Positions 24,496 to 36,896 of a stretch of DNA of 64,000 nt are shown piece by piece. Numbering within the stretch: position 1 is the first letter of the stretch; each line of letters opens with the position of its first letter. The DNA is from Squalus acanthias (lineage: Eukaryota): assembly GCA_030390025.1 (NCBI GenBank), contig CM059432.1:37078001-37142000 (forward strand), read 5' to 3'. Both the position numbers and the translations under genes were made by a program. Under the pieces are notes generated by a model that saw only the letters and a list, made by a program, of their open reading frames with translations, was not told where the DNA came from and did no database searches.

Positions 24496-25004
24496 GTGTG
24501 ACTATTTTTTGTGCACTGAGGTTTTATAGCAGACTGGCAGTGACTATCCACGTTAACGGTGACAACTGACACACAAATTGCAACATGGAATGTTTACTGT
24601 GTTAACAGTGCTATATAAATGCAAATTGTTGTATTGAACCCTCTAATTTAATCCAGGGAAGTGATGTTTTTCTGTCTTGGTGTCTGATACTTTTGAATCT
24701 CCTGAGGTTGCAATAATGTAGCCATTATTTTCAGTCACTTACCATTTTTTATTGAGTGACAGTGGGGGGGGAGTTCTGTTTGTTTTGATTCTTAATCCAT
24801 GGAACATTGTTGAGTCCAGATGGAGCAAATTTAATGCCTTAATTGTTTTCAGTGGAATGTATAAATTACTATGCAGAGTGAGAAAGTAAAGATCCTAGGT
24901 ACCTCTCATCTGGACAAACATGCTCAACATGTTGCTGTCACATGCACAAATGGAGAGCTATGTTGTTGTGAGCTCTGGCTCCCATACGTTTCTGTTGCCT
25001 GCAG

Positions 25005-25129
25005 GCAGCCCACACCATACCTGAAGAGGCGAGGGCAGAGAGATGAAGAGGAGCAGGAGGACCTGACCAAAGACATGGAGGATCCCACTCCTGTACCCAA
25101 TGTGGAGGAAGTTATTTTACCTAAAAATG
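25005..25129 (+). CDS. SMARCC1: SMARCC1 coding exon: [41 protein letters not shown]
   Basis: cctgcag|G...AAAATG|gtaagg; 125 nt, phase 2-1; contains [17 protein letters not shown]. Confidence 0.94.
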
Positions 25130-27533
25130 GTAAGGAACTGGTGTCTAAACCGCGCCCCCCCCCCTGCCAGCTCTTTTTAATGGCTCTTGGCACATAAGAG
25201 TTGTAGTATTACAGCACTGTTTAACATGTTGAAAGGTTTTTTAATGGTGGTGATCCCAACACCTACACACGTGGGGCTGTTTTCATTCTCTAATTTTCTA
25301 CTGTTGGCTCTTGTGCTACCTTCTGCCACACTGCCTTAGAATACTTGATTTATCATTGGCTTCCATCTCTTCCACCTCTTTGCGGGGGGTGGAAGCCAAT
25401 GTTGGTTGGAGGGACAGATCTCTGGCTGAAATTCCCAACCCTCGCCCTTCTAAGCCTGTAGTAAGCTAGGTTGGAGCTTATGGAAAAACATTGCCAATTT
25501 TATGTTTGTTCCTGTGAATTCGCCAGCACTTTTAAAATCAGAATCCCATGGAAATGGATATCCATGCAGAAAGTTTGTAAGAATTCTGGATCAGTCCCAC
25601 TTATTTCTCTGCAGCTGATCTGCCGCAAACGAAGCAAAATACAAGCTTGTGTGAAATTGGTTTCCTTGAAAGATGTAGTTAACTTTATGAAAACGACACT
25701 TACCACAGTAGATCATTCCTTTGCAGCCTAATGTGCAAAAAAAAAAGCCCCTTTATTTTCAAATTTATTTTGACTTTATATCTTCTAAAATTATGTAAAA
25801 ATATTCTCTGTTTCACACCTTTTAATGAGGCGTGCATTCAGTAGTGTGCACTTATAATTGAGGTGATGCTGCAGTGTTTGCTCTGGTTGTGTATTGATAA
25901 TTGCAGTTCGGCTGCTTCCCTGCAACTATAGAAAGAAAAATGAATTGCGATAGAAGGGTAAAATCCAAGTCCGTGCAGGTCACGGGGGCTTTAAGCTGCT
26001 TTCATTGCTGGTACTTAAACCGTATAATGCTGTGTCGTTATTTTCTGTTCGCGAAGGTTAGGAACTCGTCAGATTTTAATAAATAAATGAGTTTGTGTCA
26101 TTAAAATGCATCAAGGGACTACTGTGGATAGGTGAGCTAGATGGACTGAAGGTCGTCTGTCTTGAAGCTGGTAACATGCAAGATGAGTGACATTAGTGTT
26201 GGGGTAATTTCCATCCAGAGTTTGCATCAAGCAATCTCAGAACAAGTATAGTACAGACTGATACCGAATAACGCGCTGTCTAAACTGTCCACATCAAGCG
26301 GTCCGAGGTGCCGTAGGCAAAAGGCTTGTCAAACCCACTGAACCACCCAGTTCTAGCTTCAGTCGTCATGGTATGTGGGAGGTGTAAATGGAGCAATATT
26401 ATAAGTTGTGTGCCTGGAATTTTTCCAAGTACTTTGTGAAGAAGAGAGGGAAAGCTGAGATTAAAGCTTGTTTTTTAGGATCAGCGTAAGTCAACAATAA
26501 AAGTTTAAACCACAGATAGTATCCTGGTCAGGTTGTGCCTTCAATACTGCATACAGTAGTGTCCTGGTCACTGCACCATTTCGCTCCCTTATATTATTGA
26601 GCAGAGCTACAAGACTGATTCCAGTCTCTCAAGCAAGAGCTATACAGCTGAAGAAAGAGTTATCTGAGGGGTCCTTATGGAGTACACTCGATACTCAACA
26701 GGAAAGAGCAAGTAAATCCAATACCAGACTTAATTATACCAGGGCAACAACAACAACAGTTCGGATTAATATTGCACCTTTAACCTAGAAAAATGTCCGA
26801 AGACGTTCCAGAGACAGTTGGAAGGGGGGCCTTAAAGGAGGGGAGGGTGGTGGAGGGAATTCCATAGTGGGTCAAGGTGGCTAAAGGCACAGTTGCCAAT
26901 TATAGGGTGAGAACAGGCCCAATTTACATAATCACTCCTCATAATTCAATCCCTCCATCCCTTCAATCATTCTGCTCTGAGAAGGCTAAGAGGGATTGAA
27001 GAGGTATTTAAAATTATGAAGGGCTTGATGGCGTGAATAGGATAAGACTCTTGCCTTTTTTGGGGGAATCAGTGATGAGGGTTGTGCATTTAAAATTGCG
27101 ACTATGATGGAGGAAAAAGGTTTCTTAGAAATTTCCTTCCACAGAAGGTTATTGGCACAGATAATCCTGTGCCACGGGATTGTTGAGGCACAATCCATTG
27201 TATTTTTGGAGGGAAAATAAATGTTTAAAGATACAGAGCTATGAGGAGAGAACAGGGTCGTGGGATTAAATATGGATTGCTGTAGGAAAAAATCCATACA
27301 GGCGCAATGGGCCAAATTATCGCCCCCTCTGCTGTAATATTCTCAAATTCTGCTTGATGAACTCTCGCTCAAGTTGTTTTGGAGCAGAACTAAGTGGAGG
27401 ACTGGGTTTTGAGTGAATTTGTACCATTTATAGATTTATTCGACAACTACTTATAACTCAGAACCTCAGATTTCAAATCTGTTCAATTTCGATATGTTTT
27501 TAATGGCCTGTTTATAACTCCTTTCTTTGCTAG

Positions 27534-27593
27534 TGAACCCCAAGAAGGACAGTGAGCACACACCCGTAAAGGGAGGCACAATTGCAGATCTGG
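27534..27593 (+). CDS. SMARCC1: SMARCC1 coding exon: (V)NPKKDSEHTPVKGGTIADL
   Basis: ctttgctag|TG...CTGG|gtaatt; 60 nt, phase 1-1. Confidence 0.93.
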
Positions 27594-28193
27594 GTAATTA
27601 CATTTTTAACTTGTACGCCTCTCTTTTGCTGCATGAACCTTGCTTTTTCAGTTGGCCCGAGAAGTGGGTAGTCCACACATGAATGTGCAAACTATTTCCC
27701 TTTAAATGCTGGCATGGAATTATTGAAATTACAGCCAAGGAGGCCATTTGGACACTTGTGCCAGTGCTAGCTCCTTAACTGGAGCTATTTCCTCTAATTC
27801 CATTACCCTGCTCTTCCCCTCCCTTGTCCTTATATTCATCCTTTCACATGCCTAATAGCCACTTGGAAGCATTACCAGTGGAAACCATCTTTTATAATTT
27901 CGATAACTTGTATCAGATTTACCAATTAACCGTCTCTGTTCCAGTGTGGGTGGGGGAAGAGAGAAGTTTGCAATGCTTCTTGATAAATATCCTCTTTGAT
28001 TCGTGGTGGTATGAATTTTGCTTCATCCATCCTATATCTCTATTGCACCTCCAATAATGGGGTGCCCAGAGGTGCATGTAATATTCTCAACTGTGATGCA
28101 GCCAAACTCAAAGTCGGCATCACTTCCTTTTACATGAACTTTACATTTGGGGAAATTAATGTGCTTATTTATGGCATTTTCTACTTGCACTTG

Positions 28194-28197
<4 letters not shown>

Positions 28198-28236
<39 letters not shown>

Positions 28237-28261
28237 GAACCCCCCCCCCCCCCCCCCCCTC
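28198..28261. repeat. (TC)n microsatellite followed by a poly-C tract
   Basis: Directly visible. Confidence 0.95.
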
Positions 28262-28537
28262 TTAGTAAGAATCTCACCATTATTTCTTTTCACTTTATTC
28301 TAGGACGTAATACTTCATTTCTCTGCATTGATCAGAATCTGCCAACTCCACTAACCTATGTTCTGCAATTTTCTGCATTCGTTCTCTCATTAATCTGATA
28401 GAAATTCTGTTGTCTCTATTAATTATGTAATTAAAAAAGCAGAGGTCCCACAATACATCCCTGGGGCAACGTGCCAATCTAAGAAACACATTTACCTTCA
28501 ACTATCTGCTTCTTGACCCCTAGCCGTGGCTCGCCAT

Positions 28538-28866
28538 GTACAGGAAACTCTTTATTAACCGGCACCATCAAAAAGTCCGGATAACGGAGCGTTATATCTT
28601 GCAAGGTACGGGGAGCCCCGTACATGGCCACAGATCCAGGAGTCCCTGGTGCACGGCCACAGGTGCAGGAACCCCGGTCACATTAAAGAATTTCTGCATC
28701 TCCCTTCTTGTGACAGATCTTACAGCGATCTTAAAGCGAGCATTCAGCAAAGACTTGGCCCATATAATGCTACGATCCAGTGTAGAGAGATGAAGAAAAC
28801 CCCGGTTACCTACTCAAGAATTTTGCCGGTTAAGAGAGATTTCCGGATATTTGGGTGCCGGTGTCC
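28538..28866. mobile_element. Possible Tc1/mariner (Tigger-like) non-autonomous remnant
   Basis: Left end TA+caggaaactctttattaaccggca; inverted counterpart tgccggttaagagagatttcc near 28824-28845; CpG-richer than the flanks. The right terminus is not clean. Confidence 0.45.
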
Positions 28867-29610
28867 TTTTTTAATATCATGTGATTTAATTTGAACAAAA
28901 CTCTCATAGCACTTCATAATCAACTTCTTAAAATTCATATGTACTAACTCTGTACAGTACTATAAAATGAATCCCCTTTTATCTATATATACTGTATGCA
29001 GCATTTCTTTTATCTGCACACTCTATTTGCTGTATATGCTGCATTTTTCTATGCTGTCTCTACTTTTTACATGTACTACATATCTATGCTTTTGTTTTCA
29101 GTTATCTTAACTTGGAATGAAACCTGGACTAATTATCAGTGGCACTGGTTTAGTGACTGAAAAAGCTAAATTCTGTTTTCATTATGTGCGATTCTAGGAT
29201 TTGTATCAGCGTTCTGGGATTGGGTTTTATGATTTTGTCTGTTTAGGATTAGTTGCTTTGATTTAGTGTCTGAGGCAGTCTGTTTTCATTACATGGGATC
29301 TTCACTTATTTTGGCATCATATTCTGCAGTTCTAGCTATTTTTCTGTGGCAAGCAAGCAACTCCGTTATCTTGATCATCTTGGTCTCCATGTGAAGCATC
29401 AACCTGTCAGTTTAGATGCCGAGTGACCTGATGTGTGTCTATCATTATCTCCCCCACCTACCTCTGCTCCAGACCTGGTTAGGAACCTCCAGTGTATTTT
29501 TTGGCTTCACTGCTACTTCCTTGCACTGTTGTGTTATTGGGTCCTTTTCATCTTAGCAAGCAATAAGCTCTTCATTGCTTGCTATCAGCTAATCTGGTTT
29601 GATATTTTTA

Positions 29611-32502
29611 GTGACTCTCCTAACGGTATAAACGAGCGCCTCCTGACTCTTCGGCTCACGCTAGCCTGGAACCAGTGCGCTACGGTCATCAGTGCGTATG
29701 CCCCAACAGTGGAAGCCACAGACGAGACCAAAGAGGAATTCTACTCCAGCCTCGAGCAATCCCTGTCCCGAGTCCCAACGGGCGACAAGCTGATCCTCCT
29801 TGGCGACTTTAACGCCAGAGTTGGAAAGGACACAGACCTCTGGGGATGTGTGATTGGCAGAGAGGGAGTAGGGAAAGCCAACTCCAACGGTACCCTCCTC
29901 CTGTCAATGCTTAGAACATGGCCTTGTCATAACCAACACCTTGTTCCGTCAGTACCCTCGCTCCAAGCACTGGCATCTGCTGGACTAGGTCATCGTCCGA
30001 GCGAGGGACCGCAAGGACGTCTGCATCACCCGCAGCCATGACAGGAGCTGACGACTGCTGGACAGACCACCGCCTAATCCACTCTGTCATCTCATCAACG
30101 TAGCCTCAAAACAGCGGCGGCAACAGAAACAATGCCGCAGGAAAATCAACACTGGAGCACTCTGACTCCGCTAAGAAAGCCCAATTCAGCCTGCGCCTCT
30201 CAAACAACCTAACGACTCCCAGTGATTCAGAGATAGTGTTCCACAGTGCCTGGTCTGCACTCGAGGCCTCCATAATCAGCACCTGTGAAGAGACGCTCGG
30301 TCACTCGACCAGGCAACACCAAGACTGGTTCGACGAGAATGACCAGGAGATCCAGGAGCTAATAAGCCGCAAGCTCAAGGCATTCCTGATCTGGAAACAG
30401 CAACACAACTCGAGAGCAAGAAAGCAGCTCTACAGATGCCTGAAGGCCGAGGTCCAACAAAAAACTCGCGACTTAAAGAACAGATGGTGGGTAGAGAAAG
30501 CTCAGGAGATCCAGCAGCTCGCCGACAACCACGACGTGCGTGGATTCTTTAGCGCAGTCAAGACCATCTACGGCCCAAGCACCCAAGGTCCTACCCCACT
30601 GCGGGCCAAGAACGGAGAGGTAGTCCGTGCTCGCTGGAAGGAGCACTTCGAAGATCTCCTTAACCAAGACTCTGTCTTCGACGCGCGTGTTCTCAACTCC
30701 ATCCCGCAGCAGGCTACCCGCCGCCATCTCAGCACAACCCCAGCCCGGCATGAGGTTGAAAAGGCCATCCAACAACTGAAGAACAACAAGGCCTCAGGAG
30801 CAGATGGAATCCCTGCCGAGGCACTAAAGCATGGCGGAGAAGCACTACTGGTGCGAATTCATGAACTCATTTCTCTTAACTGGAAGGAGGAGAGCATGCC
30901 AGGGGATCTGAGACGCCGTAATTGTGACCATCTTCAGGAAAGGTGACAAGTCCGATTACGGTAATTAGAGGAGTTTCCCTGCTGTCTGCCACAGGGCAAG
31001 TCATCGCAAGAATCCTCCTCAATTGCCTTCTCCCAGTGGCCGAAGAGCTCCTCCCAGAGTCGCAATGTGGATTCCGCCCACTAAGGGGCACAATGGACAT
31101 GATCTTCACTGCGCGTCAATTACAAGAGAAATGCAGGGAACAGCACCAACCGCTGTATCTGGCCGCCTTTGACCTCACACAGGCCTTCGACACTGTCAAC
31201 TGTGAGGGATTATGGCGTGTCCTCCTCAAATTCGGTTGCCCTCAAAGGTTTGTCACCATCCTCCGCCTGCTTCACGACGACATGCAAGCAGTGATACTGA
31301 CCAACGGTTCCACCACAGACCCAATTCACGTATGGACGGGGGTCAAGCAAGGCTGTGTCATCGCACCAACGCTCTTCTCGATCTTCCTTGCTGCAATGAT
31401 CCATCTTGCCCTCAATAAGCTCCCCGCTGGAGTGGAGCTAATTTACAGAACAAATAGGCAACTCTTCAATCTCCGTCGCCTCCAGTCCAGATCCAAGGTC
31501 GTCCCATCCTCTGTCAAATTACAGAATGCAGACGACGCTTGCGTCTGCGCTCACTCGGAGGTCGAACTCCAAACCATCGTCAACACCTTCACCGAAGTGT
31601 ATGAGAGCATAGGCCTTACACTAAACATCTCTAAGACAAAGGTCCTCGACCAACCTGCCCCCGCCACGCAGTACTGCCCCCCCGATTATCAAAATCCGCG
31701 ATAAGGCCTTGGACAACGTGGACCACTTTCCATACCTCGGGAGCCTACTGTCAACAAGGGCAGACGTCGATGACGAAGTCCAACACCGCCTTCAGTGTGC
31801 CAGTGCAGCCTTCGGTCGCCTGAGGAAGAGAGTGTTTGAAGACCAGGACCTCAAACCCAGCACTTAGCTCATGGTCTACAGAGCAGCAGTGATACCCGCC
31901 CTCCTGTATGCCTCAGAGACATGGACCATGTATAGCAGGCACCTCATAGCACTGGAGAGGTACCACCAATGTTGCCTCCGCCAGATCCTGCAAATTCATT
32001 GGCAGGATAGGCGCACCAACGTCTGTTCTCTCTCAGGCCAACATCCCCAGCATTGAAGCTTTGACCGAGCTCGATCAGTTCCGATGGACGGGTCGCATCG
32101 TCCGCATGCCCGATTGGAGACTCCCAAAAGAAGCGCTCTACTCGGAGCTCCGACATGGCAAGAGAGCCCCAGGTGGGCAGAGTAAACGCTTCAAGGACAC
32201 CCTCGAAGCCTCCTTGGAAAAAGTGCAACATCCCCACCGACACCTGGGAATCCCTGGCCCGAGACCGCACAAAGTGGAGGAGAAGCATCCGGGGAGGTGC
32301 TGAACGCCTCGAGTCTCTTCGTCGGGAGCAAGCGGAAGGAGTGCACGTCAACCCAAGCACCTCACCCACCTGCCCCTTCAACCACCGTCTGCCCCACCTG
32401 TGACAGAGACTGTAGGTCCTGCATTGGACTCATCAGTCACCTGAGAACTCATTTTTAATGAGGAAGCAAGTCATCCTCGATTCCGAGGGACTGCCTAAGA
32501 AG
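29611..32502 (+). mobile_element. RTE-clade LINE, 5'-truncated and frameshifted (APE-RT-C2H2 finger)
   Basis: Contains ISAYAPT, LLGDFNARVG, KASGADGIPAE, PESQCGFRP, FDLTQAFDTVN, GVKQGCVIAP, ADD and C-terminal CPTCDRDCRSCIGLISHLRTH; short 3' UTR ending gagggactgcctaagaag. Confidence 0.92.
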
Positions 32503-34212
32503 TAGTGGTATTTATGGACGGGCAGAACTGACTCAAATCTGTGACCATCTGGTTGGGGGGCTTGGTTACCTGCCAAGCTGGGCTCTTTTATATTAAAAAA
32601 AAATTCTCAATTGTGACAAATGGCGTGCCTTGGGTTTCCAACAAACACTGAAATTGAATCGGTGGTTTGCAATGAGGGATGGCACATTTAAAATGCTGTT
32701 TGGATCGGAGGCCTTGTGGGTTGTATTTTTCTTGGAAGTGCCCAATGACTTGGTTGCTCTTTCCCCTCCCAAGGATCTGCTTTAAATTAATCTGCCATTT
32801 ATCCTTTTTTAATGATTGCTGTGTAGCTGCAAGCCACTTGGTGTCGGCAACAAGTGGAGCTCTTCGGCACTATCCTAGAAACTATGCACAGAAATGTGCT
32901 TGGTGTTGCTTTTAGAACACTGGAGTACATCTGGCACTTGTCCATTTTAAGCCTTGAGGTAGCATATTTTGAGCACCCTCGTGTCATACAATGTAACAAA
33001 CCAGGGTTATGGTCACAGAATGTTACAATGGTAGGTTAGTGCGATGAGGTGAGTGTGGTTTTTTAAAAATTCTTCCTTCACCTTGATTGAGTGGCAGACA
33101 GAAGCGAGTCAATGGCAAAACAGCAAGAGGTAGGGAGAGTCTACGTTGCCATTTGGATTTCAGTAAAGCATAACTGGGGCTGTCTATTTTAAATAAAAAT
33201 TGTACTATGTCCAGTTGAATTGTGGATGAAATCATATTTTCTGCTCTTTTTGAAACATGTGTTGTGACTGGAGGGAGCATTTGAACGATAACTTGTAGGA
33301 AGAAGAGTAGGTCATTGAGCCTTTTGAGGCTGTTCCACCATTCAGTTATATCATGGCTGATGCGTACCTCAACTCCATTTGCCCACCTTTGTTTCCATAT
33401 CCTTTGATGCCCTAAACCTAACACACATCTATTGATCTTCGTGTTGAAAATTGCAATTTACTCTAGCATGAAGTACAAGTGTCAGGAACAATTGGAAAGC
33501 ATGAATTGAAAGCATTGCACAGAGTTGAAATATGTTGGCTTATGTGTCATTTCTCTTGTAATGTATTGGTATCCAGTCTCGTGACAGTTGTAGTGGACCA
33601 TAACGAATCTTTGGCACTTTTGGTGATGTGAAGAATAATTTTGTCTGGCAGAGATGAGGGAGCCAAAGGTGGAGCAAAATACTATTGCAATGTGTTTGTG
33701 CTGACGTCATGGAAATAGCCCACTGAGAGGTGACCCTTGGGGTGCTGTAAGTTTTCCTGGTGAATATGATCAGGGATGTAGTCACCTACACTGTGCACCA
33801 AGCACTGGACTGTGACCACCGTGGATGCAGTGCAAGCTCTGAAAGGCCAGGGCCATGCTCTCTACAGATTCAAAGGCTATAAAAAGTGACCATTTATCGA
33901 AGGTATACTTCACTGTCATCCTGGTGATGGCAGTGTTGCTTGTTTGCCACTGTTAATTACAGTGCAGACAGTGATTTGATGAAATAAGATGGGACAGAAA
34001 TACAAGTTATTTTATGGCCTCCTGTCGCAAATGATAATGAAACCTATTGGTGCGGTAATTCAGTTGTAGCTCAGTATTGATCGAATTGAATTAGTGCCTC
34101 CACGACAAAGCAGATGATTACAGTATGGCTGCTGACGTCTGTCTCACCTTTGTGACCGCTTGATCTCGCATGTGCAAGCTAATACATTATATCTGAATTA
34201 ATCTTGTTGCAG

Positions 34213-34250
34213 ATGAGCAAGAGGATGAGCCATCGTCTGCAGGAGGGAAG
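34213..34250 (+). CDS. SMARCC1: SMARCC1 small coding exon: (D)EQEDEPSSAGGK
   Basis: tgttgcag|AT...GGGAAG|gtaatt; 38 nt, phase 1-0. It supplies the phase change needed between its neighbours and resembles human DEQDEETVTAGGK. Confidence 0.9.
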
Positions 34251-35349
34251 GTAATTAACATGAAAAGCTGGTTTTGCTTACCCAGTAGCTGTATGGAAAT
34301 GATAGCTATGGCAACCAATCTATTGTTCAGGCTCCAGAGCTGTTTTTCTGTATCTTGTATTGGCAATGTTTGTGTTTCTGTGGTGTTGATGTTGCATGCT
34401 GTTGGTGGGAGGTAGTTTATTCTTGCTTATCAAGTTATGGATGGTGAGGGAAAGCCAATTGTTCAGATATATTCGGAGACGGTCACCTCCTTCTCTGCCT
34501 CCAGAGCTTTGCACAATGTGGGCAGCAAATCACATCACGTGCTGTGTGTGCAAACGTAGGTAGGAATTTGTTGCATGAGTCCTTTGCTCTACAGGCTGCA
34601 AAAGCAGAGCATGGTGTTCTCATCTGTCACTCGTACATTTTGGGAAATGCACAGACAATGTTGATGGCTGTTTTCTTGTAGCTTGGTAATGATGGCACCT
34701 TGTGACATTTCCCCCCCCCCCCCCCCCCCGCCACCTAGGTTTGGTTTTATTTCTCCTTGGAGTGATGAAATCCAGGTTGACATTTTGCCTGGTCAGTTGA
34801 CCAGTTTTTAGCTGCCTTGACAAGCCATCACCCATACCCTAAAAGTAAATTTGTATCATCAACTCATGTAAAATTCATCCCACTGTCCATGGCTGCTTTT
34901 TCCCCCTCTTCAATTCTTTCTCTTCTTCCCCCCCCCCCCCACCCCCAAAAGCAAAATGAGCAGCCTTCGATCCTGGATCACCATTCTCTCATCCCTAGCC
35001 AGCCGGACCGATACACTCCAGGGACCTGCTCCACTCAGGCCTGATCTGAAGAATGTACAGCAGACTAAAAGTGTGCACATGTTGATAACTTCCTTCCTGG
35101 CTTTGGCTGCTGCCTGCTCTCACAACTTTGGTTGCCCAGCGCTTGCTTACTCACTTTGCCTTTTTTCTCCTGCAACCCCAGACCGAGAAAAAGGGCAACA
35201 AAATGAGAACCAAAAGAAACACGGGCAGATAAAAAGAGAAAATGGAGAGTAATCAACAGGTGCCTTACACAATGCTTGTGCTCAAAACAGAACTTCATAA
35301 CCCACAAACAGCCTTGAGGCAAATATGCAATTAATCAGTTTTTGGTGAT

Positions 35350-35690
35350 AACAGAAAACGCTGGAAAAACTCAGCAGGCCAGGCAGCATCCGTGGAGAGA
35401 GAAAGAGAGTTAACGTTTCAGGTCGATGACCTTTCATCAGAACTGGGAAGAACCGGAAATCAAATAGATTTAAGGCCAGGGTAAAGCTGGGAAAAGGGGG
35501 AGGGGATAAAGGAACAAAGGGGGAGATGAAGAGACATTAAGAGACATTAAGAGATATGCAAGGCTAGAGGTGGTGTTAATGTGACAGATTAAGGCTGAAT
35601 GAAGTGTGAAATCCACTGGCAGAATGAAGGACAGCTGCCAGCTTCTAGGAGGAAAAAAAAAGGTGGGGGGGGGACAAATAAAAATAAAAT
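35350..35690 (-). mobile_element. Penelope-like pLTR fragment
   Basis: The - strand reads ...cagttctgatgaaaggtcatcgacctgaaacgttaactct...gatgctgcctggcctgctgagtttttccagcgttttctg, which I recognise as a fish/shark PLE terminal sequence. Confidence 0.7.
35408..35444 (-). ncRNA. Minimal type I hammerhead ribozyme motif
   Basis: AGUU-CUGAUGA-A-AGGUC-auc-GACCU-GAAA-CG-UU-AACU: both core boxes, a 5-bp stem II, a palindromic ACGU stem III and stem I AGUU/AACU. Confidence 0.7.
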
Positions 35691-36768
35691 ATAAATGTGA
35701 TTGGAGCTGAGGTTTTTGGTGATGTTGGTTGAGGGAGGAATGTTGGGCAGAAAGTCAAGAGAACTCCCTACTCTTTAAATAGTGCTATGGGATCTTTAAT
35801 ATCCACTTGATCGAACCTCTTCCAAAACGTGACAGCTGCAAGTTTCTCCCTAAGTTGTTTTTGGGTCTGGTAGTGGGACTTGAACCTGCAGCCTTCTGAC
35901 CCAGAGGTGAGAGTGCAGTCAATGGATCTGTTTCGATATATGTTCAATTTACAGCTAATATTTAGGCAGTTCTGAAACGGGAAAGTAATTTTAACAAGTA
36001 GATAGTCTTTTTTTTAAAAAAAAGGGTGATCCCTGTCGGATTATAGGTGTGGCACTCAAGGCATTGAACTAACTTGTTTACAAGTCTGTTTCTTTTTTTG
36101 TAGAATTGTATTAATTGTGAACGGATACAATTACTTTGGGCTAAAATAGGATGCCACCTCAAACTTGGTCAGCTTGCACTCCCAGTAAGAGTTTTGGTCG
36201 TACACTGTCCCCTGCCGTCTGTGCTGTGTTTCCCCAGCCGAGAAGGCAAACAAGTAATGAGCTGCTGGCTCTCTGAAAGTGCTGCTTTTGATCTCCCTGC
36301 CAGGAGGTTGAGAGCAGTCTTTAGGATGACCCTTTTTCTTTATTTCCTGCCTGTGGGAAAGTCCTTGACTTTAGCTCCCCACCTCCAGTGGCTTGGTCGA
36401 GATGTGGAAATACAGACATAGGTCCATACCAAGCTCTGCAACGCCACAGCTAATTGAAGTCGCTCACTCTTCCAAAAATCTTCAGTATTCTGTAACTTCC
36501 TGATGCAAAGTAAGTCACTGTCTGAATTGTAATTATTTTTTAAGTAAGCATTAGATTTTCCTGTGCAAAGTGTTTAATGGAAATCTCTAAATCAATTTTA
36601 AACTGTCAGTTTGGTTGATTCAAATCTCTTGATTGCCAGATCTGTTCTGCCAGTCTGAAGTGTTTTCAATAGTAATACATCAACTGTTATCCTGCAGTGC
36701 ACAAAATGTATGTCACTGATTTAAGGTGTTTGAACTGAGAGCAAAGTGATTTGTGAATTATTCACTAG

Positions 36769-36896
36769 GAAGAAGAGGACAGTGCCAATGCTAAAGGCGA
36801 TCATGTGCGTCCTGTGGACCAAGCGGAAGATAACGTCACTGAACAGACCCATCACATCATCATCCCCAGCTACTCAGCGTGGTTTGACTATAACAG
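36769..36896 (+). CDS. SMARCC1: SMARCC1 coding exon: [42 protein letters not shown](S), start of SWIRM
   Basis: ttcactag|GAA...AACAG|gtcaga; 128 nt, phase 0-2; contains IIIPSYxxWFDY. Confidence 0.94.

Noticed and set aside
25001..25008. Tandem acceptor cagGcag
   Set aside because: The second AG is 4 nt downstream and would shift the frame; there is no evidence it is used.
35528..35556. Short 10-bp tandem repeat (aagagacatt)
   Set aside because: Ordinary slippage inside a repeat fragment.
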